From the NCBI RefSeq assembly GCF_036960315.1, contig NZ_JBALVR010000005.1:137182-201181 (forward strand): a DNA stretch of 64,000 nt, written 5' to 3'. The notes under the pieces were generated by a model. That model did no database searches, was not told where the DNA came from, and saw only the letters and a program-made list of their open reading frames with translations. Each line of letters starts with the position of its first letter. The stretch's first letter is position 1. Shown in pieces: positions 48,591 to 57,874 of this stretch. The stretch is from Psychroserpens sp. GTDB taxonomy: Bacteria; Bacteroidota; Bacteroidia; Flavobacteriales; Flavobacteriaceae. A program made the translations under genes and the position numbers.

Positions 48591-48608
48591 AAATTAAAAT
48601 ATTAAATA

Positions 48609-49475
48609 ATGACAAAAGCATATTATTATAACTTACTAGGCTTATTCCTTATAGGAATGAGCTCACTATCCTGTATATCAAAAGATAAAGAAAATACCAA
48701 AGAAATAGCAGAATCTAAAGTTTGGAAAGTAGATTTCATAGATAACTTCGATACTTTCAATCCAGATAATTGGCAAGACCAACGCATTTGGGTAAACAAT
48801 GAAACACATTGCTATGTGCCTGATAATGAATTTGGAACAAGAGAAGTTAGTGATGGGACATTAAAATTAAAAGTGGTTAATATTGGAGAAAAACGTAGCT
48901 GTGATAATTTCGATAAACACGGAAAACAGCATCCAGAAACCCAATATGTGGCTGGTCGTATCGCTTCAAAAAATCGAAAAGAGTTTATTAAAGGTAAATG
49001 GACAGCAAGGTTAAAATTAGGAAGTAATGGAGAACCAAGTATGTTTCCAGCTTGGTGGATTCTTGGTGCGCAAAATAACGAACCACCAGTGCAAGAGCCA
49101 AATGAAACAATTTGTTGGCCAATGACAGGTTCTGGTGAGATCGATATTTTTGAACATCACGGAGATCACCATAAAAATAGTTTTACCACAGGAGCCATCA
49201 AAAACTTAGGCGAGTGTGGTAAAGGAGATTGGTGGACTTTGCGTAAAGCTTTCGATGCTACCTTAAACGACTATCACGAATATTCAGTAGAATGGGAAAA
49301 AAGTGATTTAGTCTATCGTGTTGATGGTAAAGAGGTGTATCGTAATGTTGGTGAAGGTGATAAATATCCTGAAGCCATGTTTGCTATTCTTAACTATGCA
49401 AAAATTACCGACTCACCAATGGAAGGAGAATGGGTGATGGAAGTAGATTGGGTAAAGCACGAATACCGAAAATAA
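48609..49475 (+). CDS. GH16 family glycoside hydrolase lipoprotein (laminarinase-like)
   Basis: FPAWWILG and GEIDIFE (ExDxxE) catalytic motif; YHEYSVEW; lipobox SLSC. Confidence 0.9.
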   Translation: MTKAYYYNLLGLFLIGMSSLSCISKDKENTKEIAESKVWKVDFIDNFDTFNPDNWQDQRIWVNNETHCYVPDNEFGTREVSDGTLKLKVVNIGEKRSCDNFDKHGKQHPETQYVAGRIASKNRKEFIKGKWTARLKLGSNGEPSMFPAWWILGAQNNEPPVQEPNETICWPMTGSGEIDIFEHHGDHHKNSFTTGAIKNLGECGKGDWWTLRKAFDATLNDYHEYSVEWEKSDLVYRVDGKEVYRNVGEGDKYPEAMFAILNYAKITDSPMEGEWVMEVDWVKHEYRK

Positions 49476-49488
49476 TATATCATTGAAC

Positions 49489-50970
49489 ATGACTCGAAAA
49501 TATTATAAGCTAATAGCGTTTTTAGTTTTAATTGCATCTTGTACAGATGCTAAAATTAAAGACGTAACAACAACCAAAAATGTATCTAATCCACCCATGG
49601 AAAGTTACAAAAACAAGTCTCTTCAAGTATATACAACAGCTAAGGATACCGAATTACGTTTAACTAAAACTGGTGAGCAAACTTTTAAAGATAAGGTACA
49701 ACCTTTAGAGACTGAAATAGCCGTTTTTGTAAATCCGGAAAAAACATTTCAGGAATATTTGGGCATCGGTGGTGCTATAACTGATGCTTCGGCAGAAGTT
49801 TTTTCAACCTTAAACCCAGAAAAGCAAAATGAACTGCTACAATCTTATTTTGGTAAAGATGGTATTGGATATAATATTATTAGAACAAGTATTCATAGTA
49901 GTGATTTTGGATTGGGTAGTCACACATATATTGAAGAAGGAGATACAGAATTAAAGACATTTTCAATAGAAAAGGATAGAGAAAAGAGATTACCATTTAT
50001 CAAAAGGGCTATCGATTTAATAGAATATGATTTGGTTTTTTATGCAAGCCCTTGGAGTCCGCCCGCCTTTATGAAAAGTAATAAAAACATGCTACGAGGA
50101 GGGAAATTACTTCCTGAATTTCGCCAAACTTGGGCTAACTATTATGTAAAGTTTATTGAGGCTTATGAAGCAGAGGGAATTCCTGTTTGGGGTTTAACAA
50201 TACAAAACGAACCTATGGCTACACAGCGCTGGGAATCTTGCATATACACAGCGGAAGAAGAACGCGATTTCTTAAAAGACTATTTAGGTCCAACATTAGA
50301 AAAAGCAGGTATGGGAGATAAAAATGTTGTGGTGTGGGATCACAACAGAGATTTAATTACAAATAGAGCTAATACTATTTTCGAAGATTCTGAAGCTTCT
50401 AAATATGCTTGGGGAATTGGTTTTCATTGGTATGAAACTTGGACAGGCGGATTACCTAAATATGATAATCTTAAGAACATAAACGAATCTTTTCCTTCTA
50501 AAAATTTGTTGTTTACTGAAGGATGTCAAGAGGGTTTTGCTACAGAAAGATTACACTTTTGGCCAAATGCAGAACGTTATGGAAACTCTATGATTAACGA
50601 CTTTAATAGTGGCGTTGTAGGTTGGACAGATTGGAATATTTTATTAGATGAACGCGGTGGTCCAAACCATGTTGAGAACTTTTGTTTCGCACCAATTCAT
50701 GCAGATACAAAAACAAATGAGTTAATATATACGCCTACCTATTACTATATTGGTCACTTTTCTAAATTTATAAAACCTGGTGCTTTACGCATAAATACAT
50801 CTACAAGCAGAACTACAATAGAAAGCACATCGTTTAAAAATAAAGACGGTAAAATTGTTACTGTAGTTATGAATCCAACAGATACTAAAATAACCTATAA
50901 ACTAATAATTGGTAATAGTGAAGCGGTTCTAGAAATTGAACCTCGTGCAATGCAATCTGTAGTTTATTAA
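49489..50970 (+). CDS. GH30 family glycoside hydrolase lipoprotein (probably beta-1,6-glucanase/glucosylceramidase-like)
   Basis: GIGGAITDAS, ASPWSPPAFMK, TIQNEP (acid/base), LFTEGC (nucleophile), WTDWNILLD...GGPNH, YYIGHFSKFI. Confidence 0.92.
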   Translation: MTRKYYKLIAFLVLIASCTDAKIKDVTTTKNVSNPPMESYKNKSLQVYTTAKDTELRLTKTGEQTFKDKVQPLETEIAVFVNPEKTFQEYLGIGGAITDASAEVFSTLNPEKQNELLQSYFGKDGIGYNIIRTSIHSSDFGLGSHTYIEEGDTELKTFSIEKDREKRLPFIKRAIDLIEYDLVFYASPWSPPAFMKSNKNMLRGGKLLPEFRQTWANYYVKFIEAYEAEGIPVWGLTIQNEPMATQRWESCIYTAEEERDFLKDYLGPTLEKAGMGDKNVVVWDHNRDLITNRANTIFEDSEASKYAWGIGFHWYETWTGGLPKYDNLKNINESFPSKNLLFTEGCQEGFATERLHFWPNAERYGNSMINDFNSGVVGWTDWNILLDERGGPNHVENFCFAPIHADTKTNELIYTPTYYYIGHFSKFIKPGALRINTSTSRTTIESTSFKNKDGKIVTVVMNPTDTKITYKLIIGNSEAVLEIEPRAMQSVVY

Positions 50971-50994
50971 AATTTTAGTTTTCAATACATAATT

Positions 50995-52533
50995 ATGAAT
51001 AAAAAACTTGTCTTTATTGCATTTGTAGTATCCTTAGGTGGATTCCTTTTTGGTTTTGATGCTGGTATTATTTCAGGTGTCATGTCTTTTGCTGGTCCTG
51101 AATTTGATTTAAGTGAAATCCAATCTGGTTGGGTGGTAAGTTCGCCTTCGTTTGCGGCTATGTTCGCTATGCTGTTTTCAGGGAGACTAAGTGATACCTA
51201 TGGAAGAAAAAAAATACTCATTTACGTAGCTTTTCTATATGCCATTTCTGCCTTATTATCTGCCTTAGCAACATCATATGAAATGCTTTATATAGCTAGA
51301 ATAGTTGGTGGTTTAGCTTTTGGTGCCGCTTTAGTGTTAGCACCTATGTATATTGCAGAAATTTCTTCTGCAGAAAATAGAGGCAAACTAGTCTCTTTAC
51401 AACAGCTAAATATTGTTTTTGGTTTTTTCGCAGCATTCTTAAGTAATTATTTTTTCAATAAATACAATACCACAGACAGTAGCTTTCTTACAGACGAAAA
51501 TGTTTGGCGATGGATGTTAGGAGTAGAATTAATACCAGCTATACTCTATTTTATTTTCTTGTTTTTTGTGCCAAAAAGCCCACGTTGGTTGTATTTAAAA
51601 GGAAAAATTGAAGAAGCGAAACAAGTGTTAATTCAAATCCACGGAAAAGAAAATGGAGCACTAGAAATTGCTTCTATTGAAGAAAATATTAATGCTAATA
51701 AGAAGAACAAATCGAAATTAAAAATTAAAGACTTATTAAAACGATCGCTGCGCTTTATTTTGGTTATAGGCTTAATTGTTGGTGTTCTTCAACAAATTAC
51801 TGGTATCAACGCTGTTTACTTCTATGCAACATCAATATTTAAACAAACAGGAATTGGTACAGATGCTGCTTTTTCATCAGGTGTTTTATTAAGCTCAATC
51901 TCAGTGATTTTTACTTTTGTTGCTATCTATTTAATTGATAGAATGGGCAGAAGGCCTTTATTATTAATTGGTACAGCGGGAATTGCTATTAGTTTATTAT
52001 TGTGTGCTTATGGCTTTAATCAAGCTACATATCAACTTCCAAAAGAAAAAATATCTCAGTTTGACTTTTCTGATTCTGAAAAACTTTTGCCTTTTGCAGA
52101 TAAAGTTTATGATAATGATATCGATTTTAAAAACGATATAAAATCCGCTTTAGGAAACCAAATTTATAGTAAAAACGATGGTGCCATTTTAGAGGCGGCA
52201 ACCAATATAAACGCCAATTTAATATTAATTGGAATTCTAGGGTTTATAGCTTGTTTTGCCTTTTCACTTGGCCCAGTAATGTGGGTTTTATTATCAGAGT
52301 TATATCCGTTAAAATATAGAGGTTTAGCTATAGGCGTAATTGCTTTTGTCAACTCACTAATCAGTTCTTTAGTGCAATTAATTTTCCCATGGGAACTATC
52401 AAATATTGGAAATGCCTTAACCTTTTTCATATTCGGAGCTATAGCCTTAATTGGTTTCTTTATACTCTTAAAAATATTACCAGAAACTAAAGGGAGATCT
52501 TTGGAAGAATTAGAAAAGGAGTTAGTTAGATAA
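50995..52533 (+). CDS. Sugar porter family MFS transporter
   Basis: GGFLFGFDAGIISG, DTYGRK, PMYIAEIS, QQITGINAV, DRMGRR, PETKGRSLEE. Confidence 0.95.
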   Translation: MNKKLVFIAFVVSLGGFLFGFDAGIISGVMSFAGPEFDLSEIQSGWVVSSPSFAAMFAMLFSGRLSDTYGRKKILIYVAFLYAISALLSALATSYEMLYIARIVGGLAFGAALVLAPMYIAEISSAENRGKLVSLQQLNIVFGFFAAFLSNYFFNKYNTTDSSFLTDENVWRWMLGVELIPAILYFIFLFFVPKSPRWLYLKGKIEEAKQVLIQIHGKENGALEIASIEENINANKKNKSKLKIKDLLKRSLRFILVIGLIVGVLQQITGINAVYFYATSIFKQTGIGTDAAFSSGVLLSSISVIFTFVAIYLIDRMGRRPLLLIGTAGIAISLLLCAYGFNQATYQLPKEKISQFDFSDSEKLLPFADKVYDNDIDFKNDIKSALGNQIYSKNDGAILEAATNINANLILIGILGFIACFAFSLGPVMWVLLSELYPLKYRGLAIGVIAFVNSLISSLVQLIFPWELSNIGNALTFFIFGAIALIGFFILLKILPETKGRSLEELEKELVR

Positions 52534-52556
52534 ACTTCGGAATAAAAATCAAATTA

Positions 52557-52788
52557 ATTTGAGCATATACTTGAGTTCAGGGTTTTGTATTTCTTTCAAT
52601 GTCACTGTTTATTAGGGTTATAAAAGGTTTAAGGTGGTCCTGTACAGCCTTTGAGTTTTAACTATATTTCAAAACACTATTTGACTACAAGTCAATGACA
52701 GAAGGTGTTTAAAGAAAGTTATTTGAGCATATAGTGTCGCACTCAATAAAAAAACCTCAACAATCTCTACGATTATCAAGGTTTAAAA
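52557..52788 (+). repeat. Two degenerate ~165-bp units next to the tRNA 3' end
   Basis: ATTTGAGCATATA at 52557 and 52721, each followed by AAGGTTTAA(G/AA)GTGGTCC (about 52624 and 52779). Confidence 0.5.
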
Positions 52789-52789
52789 G

Positions 52790-52863
52790 TGGTCCCACTT
52801 GGGCTCGAACCAAGGACCACCTGATTATGAGTCAGGTGCTCTAACCAACTGAGCTATGGGACC
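52790..52863 (-). tRNA. tRNA with CAU anticodon, most likely tRNA-Ile2 (lysidine); elongator Met not excluded; CCA not encoded
   Basis: GGTCCCATAGCTCAGTTGGTTAGAGCACCTGACTCATAATCAGGTGGTCCTTGGTTCGAGCCCAAGTGGGACCA: full cloverleaf; paired G1:C72 (not initiator); C4:G69 and C5:G68 as in TilS substrates. Confidence 0.95.
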
Positions 52864-52950
52864 CTATTGTTATAAATAACAATATTCTCTTTAAAAGAGT
52901 GTGCAATATTACTACATATTTTAATACTCTACAAGGAATTTGTATCAATA

Positions 52951-53355
52951 TTATTCTTCAATTTCTTGACACAACTCAATGAGAACGCCATTTGTAGCTT
53001 TTGGATGCAAAAACGCAATCAGTTTATTATCGGCACCTTTCTTTGGTTTATCGTGTATCATTTTAAAACCTTCGGCCGTTAATCGCTTAATCTCCTTTTC
53101 AATATCAGATACAGCAAAAGCTATATGATGAATCCCTTCACCTTTTTTCTCTATGAATTTTGCGATCGGACTCTCTTCATTCGTCGCTTGCAATAACTCT
53201 ATTTTATTAGGCCCTGCCTTAAAAAACGAGGTCATGACACCTTCGCTCTCCACGGCTTCAGTTTTATAGTGTTTCTTTCCGAAGAGTGATGCAAATAAAG
53301 CATTTGACACTTCAATGTCTTTTACAGCAATCCCTATATGTTCTATTTTTTTCAT
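52951..53355 (-). CDS. mce: Methylmalonyl-CoA epimerase
   Basis: IEHIGIAV, KIELL, GEGIHHIAFAV, AFLHPKATNGVLIELCQ. Confidence 0.93.
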   Translation of the reverse strand: MKKIEHIGIAVKDIEVSNALFASLFGKKHYKTEAVESEGVMTSFFKAGPNKIELLQATNEESPIAKFIEKKGEGIHHIAFAVSDIEKEIKRLTAEGFKMIHDKPKKGADNKLIAFLHPKATNGVLIELCQEIEE

Positions 53356-53541
53356 CTTTAGTGTTCCGTGAAAACGGACTGTCTTTTGATTATATTGACT
53401 CTTTTATACATTCAAAGTTAACATAATCCTTAATTATCGCCTATTTTTGCAGTTCTAAACCAAAACTTGGTTTTATTTTTGATAAAAGTCGTTATATTAG
53501 AAAAACTGATGACGAAATGAAAACGACTTAACTTAAGCACT

Positions 53542-53940
53542 ATGGAAGAATTAACCCAAAGACAGAAGAAAATTGGAGGCCTTTTACAAAAAGATCTCGC
53601 AGACATACTACAAAAAGCAGCTACCGATGGTGGATTAAGAGGTGTAATCATTTCAGTAAGCAAAGTAAACGTAACCACAGATTTATCTGTAGCCAAAGTA
53701 TACCTTAGTGTTTTTCCTAATAATAAGGGAAAAGAACTTATTGAAGGTATTCGCTCAAACACGCCTTTGATTCGTCATGAAATGGCACAACGTACCAGAA
53801 ACCAATTACGACGCATGCCTAATTTAGAGTTTTTTATTGACGATTCTCTAGAATATATTGACGGCATCGAAAAATCACTCAAAAGAGAAGATAATCCAAT
53901 TAAAGACCAAGACCTTTTAGATAATCGTAAAAAGAAGTAG
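53542..53940 (+). CDS. rbfA: 30S ribosome-binding factor A
   Basis: VTTDLSVAKVYLS, LRRMPNLEFFIDDSLEY. Confidence 0.95.
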   Translation: MEELTQRQKKIGGLLQKDLADILQKAATDGGLRGVIISVSKVNVTTDLSVAKVYLSVFPNNKGKELIEGIRSNTPLIRHEMAQRTRNQLRRMPNLEFFIDDSLEYIDGIEKSLKREDNPIKDQDLLDNRKKK

Positions 53941-55143
53941 TTGAATTTCGCACTCTACATAGCGAAACGATATCTGTTTTCTAAAAGCAGTAATAATTCC
54001 ATAAATATTATGACCATTATTGCAGCTTCAGGAACTGTGATTGCGTCTGCTGCCTTGTTTATTGTATTGTCTGGTTTTGCGGGTTTAAAGACCTTCAGTT
54101 TAGAGTTTTCTTCTCTTGTAGATCCAGACCTTAAAGTGTATCCTTCGGAAGGGAAGTCGTTTGTTATTACAAAAGAAGATTCTATTTCCATTCAGTCTAT
54201 AATAGGCATTCAAAGTTATTCAAAAATCATTGAGGAGCGCGTCATTCTTGAGTTTGAAGATAAATCTCAAGTCGTGACCATGAAAGGTGTAGACGAGAAT
54301 TTCACAAAGGTAACATCTATCGATTCTAAAGTGTACTACGGAAAGTGGCTCGAACGCTATACCGATCAAATTGTTGCTGGTGGAGGCGTTTCTAATAAAC
54401 TATCTTTCGGCGTTTTAAGCCTAACCAATCAACAAAAAATATATGTGCCTAAGCCCGGAAAAGGGCAAATCACTTCGGTAAAAGGCGCATTCAATTCCAT
54501 AAACGCCTACAATGTTGGATTATTCGATATTAATGAAGATTTAAACAACGAATACATTTTCGCGAATATAGAAACCGTTAAGTATTTACTTAATTACACT
54601 GATAATCAAATATCATCTATTGAATTTAAATTAGAACCAAACGCAGACCAAGAAGTCGTATCTGAAGCCATTCAATCTGCACTTGGAACAAAAATACAAA
54701 TTAAAGACAGGGCTCAACTCAATGATGCACTTTACAAAATGCTTAATACCGAAAATGTTGCTGTGTATCTCATTTTCACTTTAGTCATCATCATTGCTTT
54801 ATTTAATGTAATTGGCGCTTTGATTATGATGATTTTAGACAAGAAGGAATCGATAAACACGCTATTTAATCTAGGAACAACGACTAAAGAGATTAGGCGG
54901 ATTTTCTTTTTGCAGGGTAGCTTAATGACGATTCTTGCTGGTGGTATTGGTTTATTGTTAGGCTTTGTTCTTGTATTTCTGCAAAAGACAACCGAATTTA
55001 TCATGTTGACGCCTTCATTACCTTATCCAGTAGAATTAAAAGGTATCAACTTCGTAATTGTTCTAGCAACTATTTTTGTTTTAGGAATATTGGCCGCGAA
55101 ATTAGCCTCACAAAGAATTAGTAAAAAACTAGTGAAAGCTTAA
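53941..55143 (+). CDS. LolC/E-type (FtsX-like) ABC permease
   Basis: ALYIAKRYLFSK, IVLSGFAGL, IIIALFNVIGALIMMILDKK, LPYPVEL; TTG start. Confidence 0.88.
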   Translation: MNFALYIAKRYLFSKSSNNSINIMTIIAASGTVIASAALFIVLSGFAGLKTFSLEFSSLVDPDLKVYPSEGKSFVITKEDSISIQSIIGIQSYSKIIEERVILEFEDKSQVVTMKGVDENFTKVTSIDSKVYYGKWLERYTDQIVAGGGVSNKLSFGVLSLTNQQKIYVPKPGKGQITSVKGAFNSINAYNVGLFDINEDLNNEYIFANIETVKYLLNYTDNQISSIEFKLEPNADQEVVSEAIQSALGTKIQIKDRAQLNDALYKMLNTENVAVYLIFTLVIIIALFNVIGALIMMILDKKESINTLFNLGTTTKEIRRIFFLQGSLMTILAGGIGLLLGFVLVFLQKTTEFIMLTPSLPYPVELKGINFVIVLATIFVLGILAAKLASQRISKKLVKA

Positions 55144-56132
55144 ATAAACTGGTAATCCCTAAACTTATCTAACACCTCGTCAAAAGCAGCAAAAACATCT
55201 TTGGAGTCATCACTGGTGACCATTTTCATTCGGTGCTCTTTAAAATCAGGAATGCCTTTAAAGTAATTGGTATAGTGTCGTCTGGTTTCAAAAACACCTA
55301 GTCTTTCTCCTTTCCAATCGATAGACATTTGAAGGTGTCGTCTAGCGGCATCAACACGTTCTGCCATAGAAATCACAGGTAAATGTTCTCCTGTTTCAAA
55401 AAAGTGTTTTACCTGTTTAAAAAACCAAGGGTTCCCAATCGTTGCACGACCAATCATACAGCCATCAAGTCCAAAACTATCACGCATTAAAGCGGCTTTT
55501 TCTGGAGAATTAACATCCCCATTTCCAAATACCGGAATGTGCATTCTTGGGTTGTTCTTCACAGCAGCAATAGGCTTCCAATCGGCTTCACCTTTATACA
55601 TTTGAGCACGCGTTCTTCCGTGGATAGAAATCGCTTTACAACCTACATCCTGAAGTCGCTCAGCAACCTCGACAATCTTGATAGAATCATGATCCCAACC
55701 CAATCGCGTTTTCACCGTCACTGGCAAATTGGTGCGTTTAACCATTTCGGCAGTCAGTTGTTCCATTAAACAGATGTCTTTTAAAATACCTGCGCCAGCA
55801 CCTTTACTCACCACTTTTTTTACTGGACAACCAAAATTGATGTCAATAATATCTGGATTTGATTTTTCAACAATATCAATCGTTTGTAGCATACTCTCCA
55901 TATTGGCTCCAAAAATCTGAATACCAACAGGTCGTTCTTTTTCGTAAATATCGAGTTTCATGACGCTTTTTGCGGCATCACGAATTAAGCCTTCACTAGA
56001 AATGAATTCGGTGTAAACCACATCTGCGCCTTGCTCCTTACACAATGCTCGAAACGGTGGATCACTTACATCTTCCATAGGTGCCAATAACAATGGGAAA
56101 TCTGAAAGTTCTATGTTGCCTATTTTTACCAA
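55140..56132 (-). CDS. dusB: tRNA-dihydrouridine synthase B
   Basis: LAPMEDVSD, IDINFGCPVKKV, VTVKTRLGW, IHGRTR, GNGDV, MIGRA. Confidence 0.95.
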   Translation of the reverse strand: MVKIGNIELSDFPLLLAPMEDVSDPPFRALCKEQGADVVYTEFISSEGLIRDAAKSVMKLDIYEKERPVGIQIFGANMESMLQTIDIVEKSNPDIIDINFGCPVKKVVSKGAGAGILKDICLMEQLTAEMVKRTNLPVTVKTRLGWDHDSIKIVEVAERLQDVGCKAISIHGRTRAQMYKGEADWKPIAAVKNNPRMHIPVFGNGDVNSPEKAALMRDSFGLDGCMIGRATIGNPWFFKQVKHFFETGEHLPVISMAERVDAARRHLQMSIDWKGERLGVFETRRHYTNYFKGIPDFKEHRMKMVTSDDSKDVFAAFDEVLDKFRDYQFI

Positions 56133-56164
56133 ACTCGATTTATTTTGCGCAAAATTAATGTTTT

Positions 56165-56584
56165 TTAAAATGTATTCAAGTTTGAGGTTCTTTTAAAAAC
56201 CCAAACACCATAAATTCCTAAAAACAATTCTGCAATTGTTCCGAAGATATAACCTTTAGTTGGTGCGCCATCAACAAGAATACTCAATACTCTTCCAGCA
56301 CCCAAACCTAGCATAAAAATTATGTTTGTTATGATTGCGGTTTTTAAATATTTAGTTTTAAATAGGCCTAATATCCATAGCATAGAAAACCCTAAATACA
56401 ATCCCATAATAGCTTTATAGAAATTATGTTCGTCATTGGTTTCTAAAAACATATCAAAGCTTAACTCTGGTTTGAAACCATAAACAAAAGCTACAGGCAC
56501 AACAATAACCACCGAAATGATTAAGTGTATTTTGTTAATAATGTCTTGTTTCGTTTTTAACATTTTGACCTTGTCACTCTGCAT
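56165..56584 (-). CDS. DUF4345-like membrane protein
   Basis: 4 TM helices; YKAIMGLYLG, FMLGLGAGRVLSILVDG. Confidence 0.7.
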   Translation of the reverse strand: MQSDKVKMLKTKQDIINKIHLIISVVIVVPVAFVYGFKPELSFDMFLETNDEHNFYKAIMGLYLGFSMLWILGLFKTKYLKTAIITNIIFMLGLGAGRVLSILVDGAPTKGYIFGTIAELFLGIYGVWVFKRTSNLNTF

Positions 56585-56596
56585 TAGATGCAGAAT

Positions 56597-57832
56597 CTAA
56601 AATTCAATATCAGCCTCAACCTCATCTTCACCACGCCTAACAACAACCTTTGTTTTGTCACCTTCGTCATAAGTAGACAACGCCATCATATAACTCATCA
56701 TATCTGTCACCAAACTATCACCTAGTTTTATAACAATGTCACCTTTTTGAAGACCTGCTTTTTGAGCTGGCCTATCTTCACTTATACCATCAATTCGCAT
56801 TCCTTTTCCGTCGAAAAGATAATCTGGAATCACACCCAAACCAACCTTAAATCGTGGCACTTCTTCGCTTTCATTTTTAGTTTTTCTGAATGGTAATTTC
56901 CCGTTGTTATCTAAATCAGAAATAATCTCAAAAATATAATTTGAAATGGTTTCCATCCCTTCGTAATTCAGCTTTTCTGAATCATCACCGGGTTTGTGAT
57001 AATCTTCATGCTGACCAGTAAAAAAATGTAATACAGGAATGTCACTATTGTAAAAAGACGTATGATCACTTGGTCCAACTCCAGACTCATTTAGTATAAT
57101 CTTAAACTTAGAATTATTAGCCCTAATCACTTGCTTTAAAATTGGAGATGTTCCAACACCGTAAACGGCCAAAGTGCTATCCTGTTTTAAACGACCAACC
57201 ATATCCATGTTGATCATATAATTGCCCTTGGCTATATCTATTGTTGGGTTCTTAGTGAAATAATTTGAACCTAATAACCCCATTTCTTCACCAGAAAAAG
57301 CCATGACTAAATAATTGTTGCCTGTGTTTGCTGATTTTAATTTTTCAGCAAGATTCAATAATACAGCTACCCCACTAGCGTTATCATCTGCTCCATTATG
57401 AATCTCTTGCGTTTCGCCTCTAAAAAGCGAACCCTCAGCGCCATAACCCAAATGGTCGTAATGCGCACCAATAATAATGGTGTTTTCTGCTTGATTATCT
57501 AAAAACCCAATCACGTTAGTACCAGTAATTGTACTATCTCCATCTTTAACCGTATAATTGACTTCTTGATGCGGATCTGTTTTTGGTTTGAATGAAAACG
57601 TTTGAAAATAATCTTGAGTTCCTTTAGCTGAAAGGCCAAGATTTTTAAATCTTAGTGCTATATAATCTGCAGCTGCTTTCTCGCCATCACTACCTGTTTG
57701 GCGCCCTTCAAGCTTATCATCAGCTAAAAAAGAAACATCGTCTTTAATGGTTATAGGTTTGGTGTTTTCTTCGGAATCTGTTTTACAAGCAACTAAAACA
57801 GTCAAAAAAAGTATAACAATTAGGCTTTTCAT
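56597..57832 (-). CDS. M28 family peptidase lipoprotein with C-terminal PDZ domain
   Basis: IGAHYDHLG, NGADDNASG, FSGEEMGLLGS, NMDMVGR, SDHTSF, DYHKP; PAQKAGLQKGDIV. Confidence 0.93.
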   Translation of the reverse strand: MKSLIVILFLTVLVACKTDSEENTKPITIKDDVSFLADDKLEGRQTGSDGEKAAADYIALRFKNLGLSAKGTQDYFQTFSFKPKTDPHQEVNYTVKDGDSTITGTNVIGFLDNQAENTIIIGAHYDHLGYGAEGSLFRGETQEIHNGADDNASGVAVLLNLAEKLKSANTGNNYLVMAFSGEEMGLLGSNYFTKNPTIDIAKGNYMINMDMVGRLKQDSTLAVYGVGTSPILKQVIRANNSKFKIILNESGVGPSDHTSFYNSDIPVLHFFTGQHEDYHKPGDDSEKLNYEGMETISNYIFEIISDLDNNGKLPFRKTKNESEEVPRFKVGLGVIPDYLFDGKGMRIDGISEDRPAQKAGLQKGDIVIKLGDSLVTDMMSYMMALSTYDEGDKTKVVVRRGEDEVEADIEF

Positions 57833-57874
57833 AGCTATATATCTTAATTTTGCACAAATTTAGTTAATAATACT

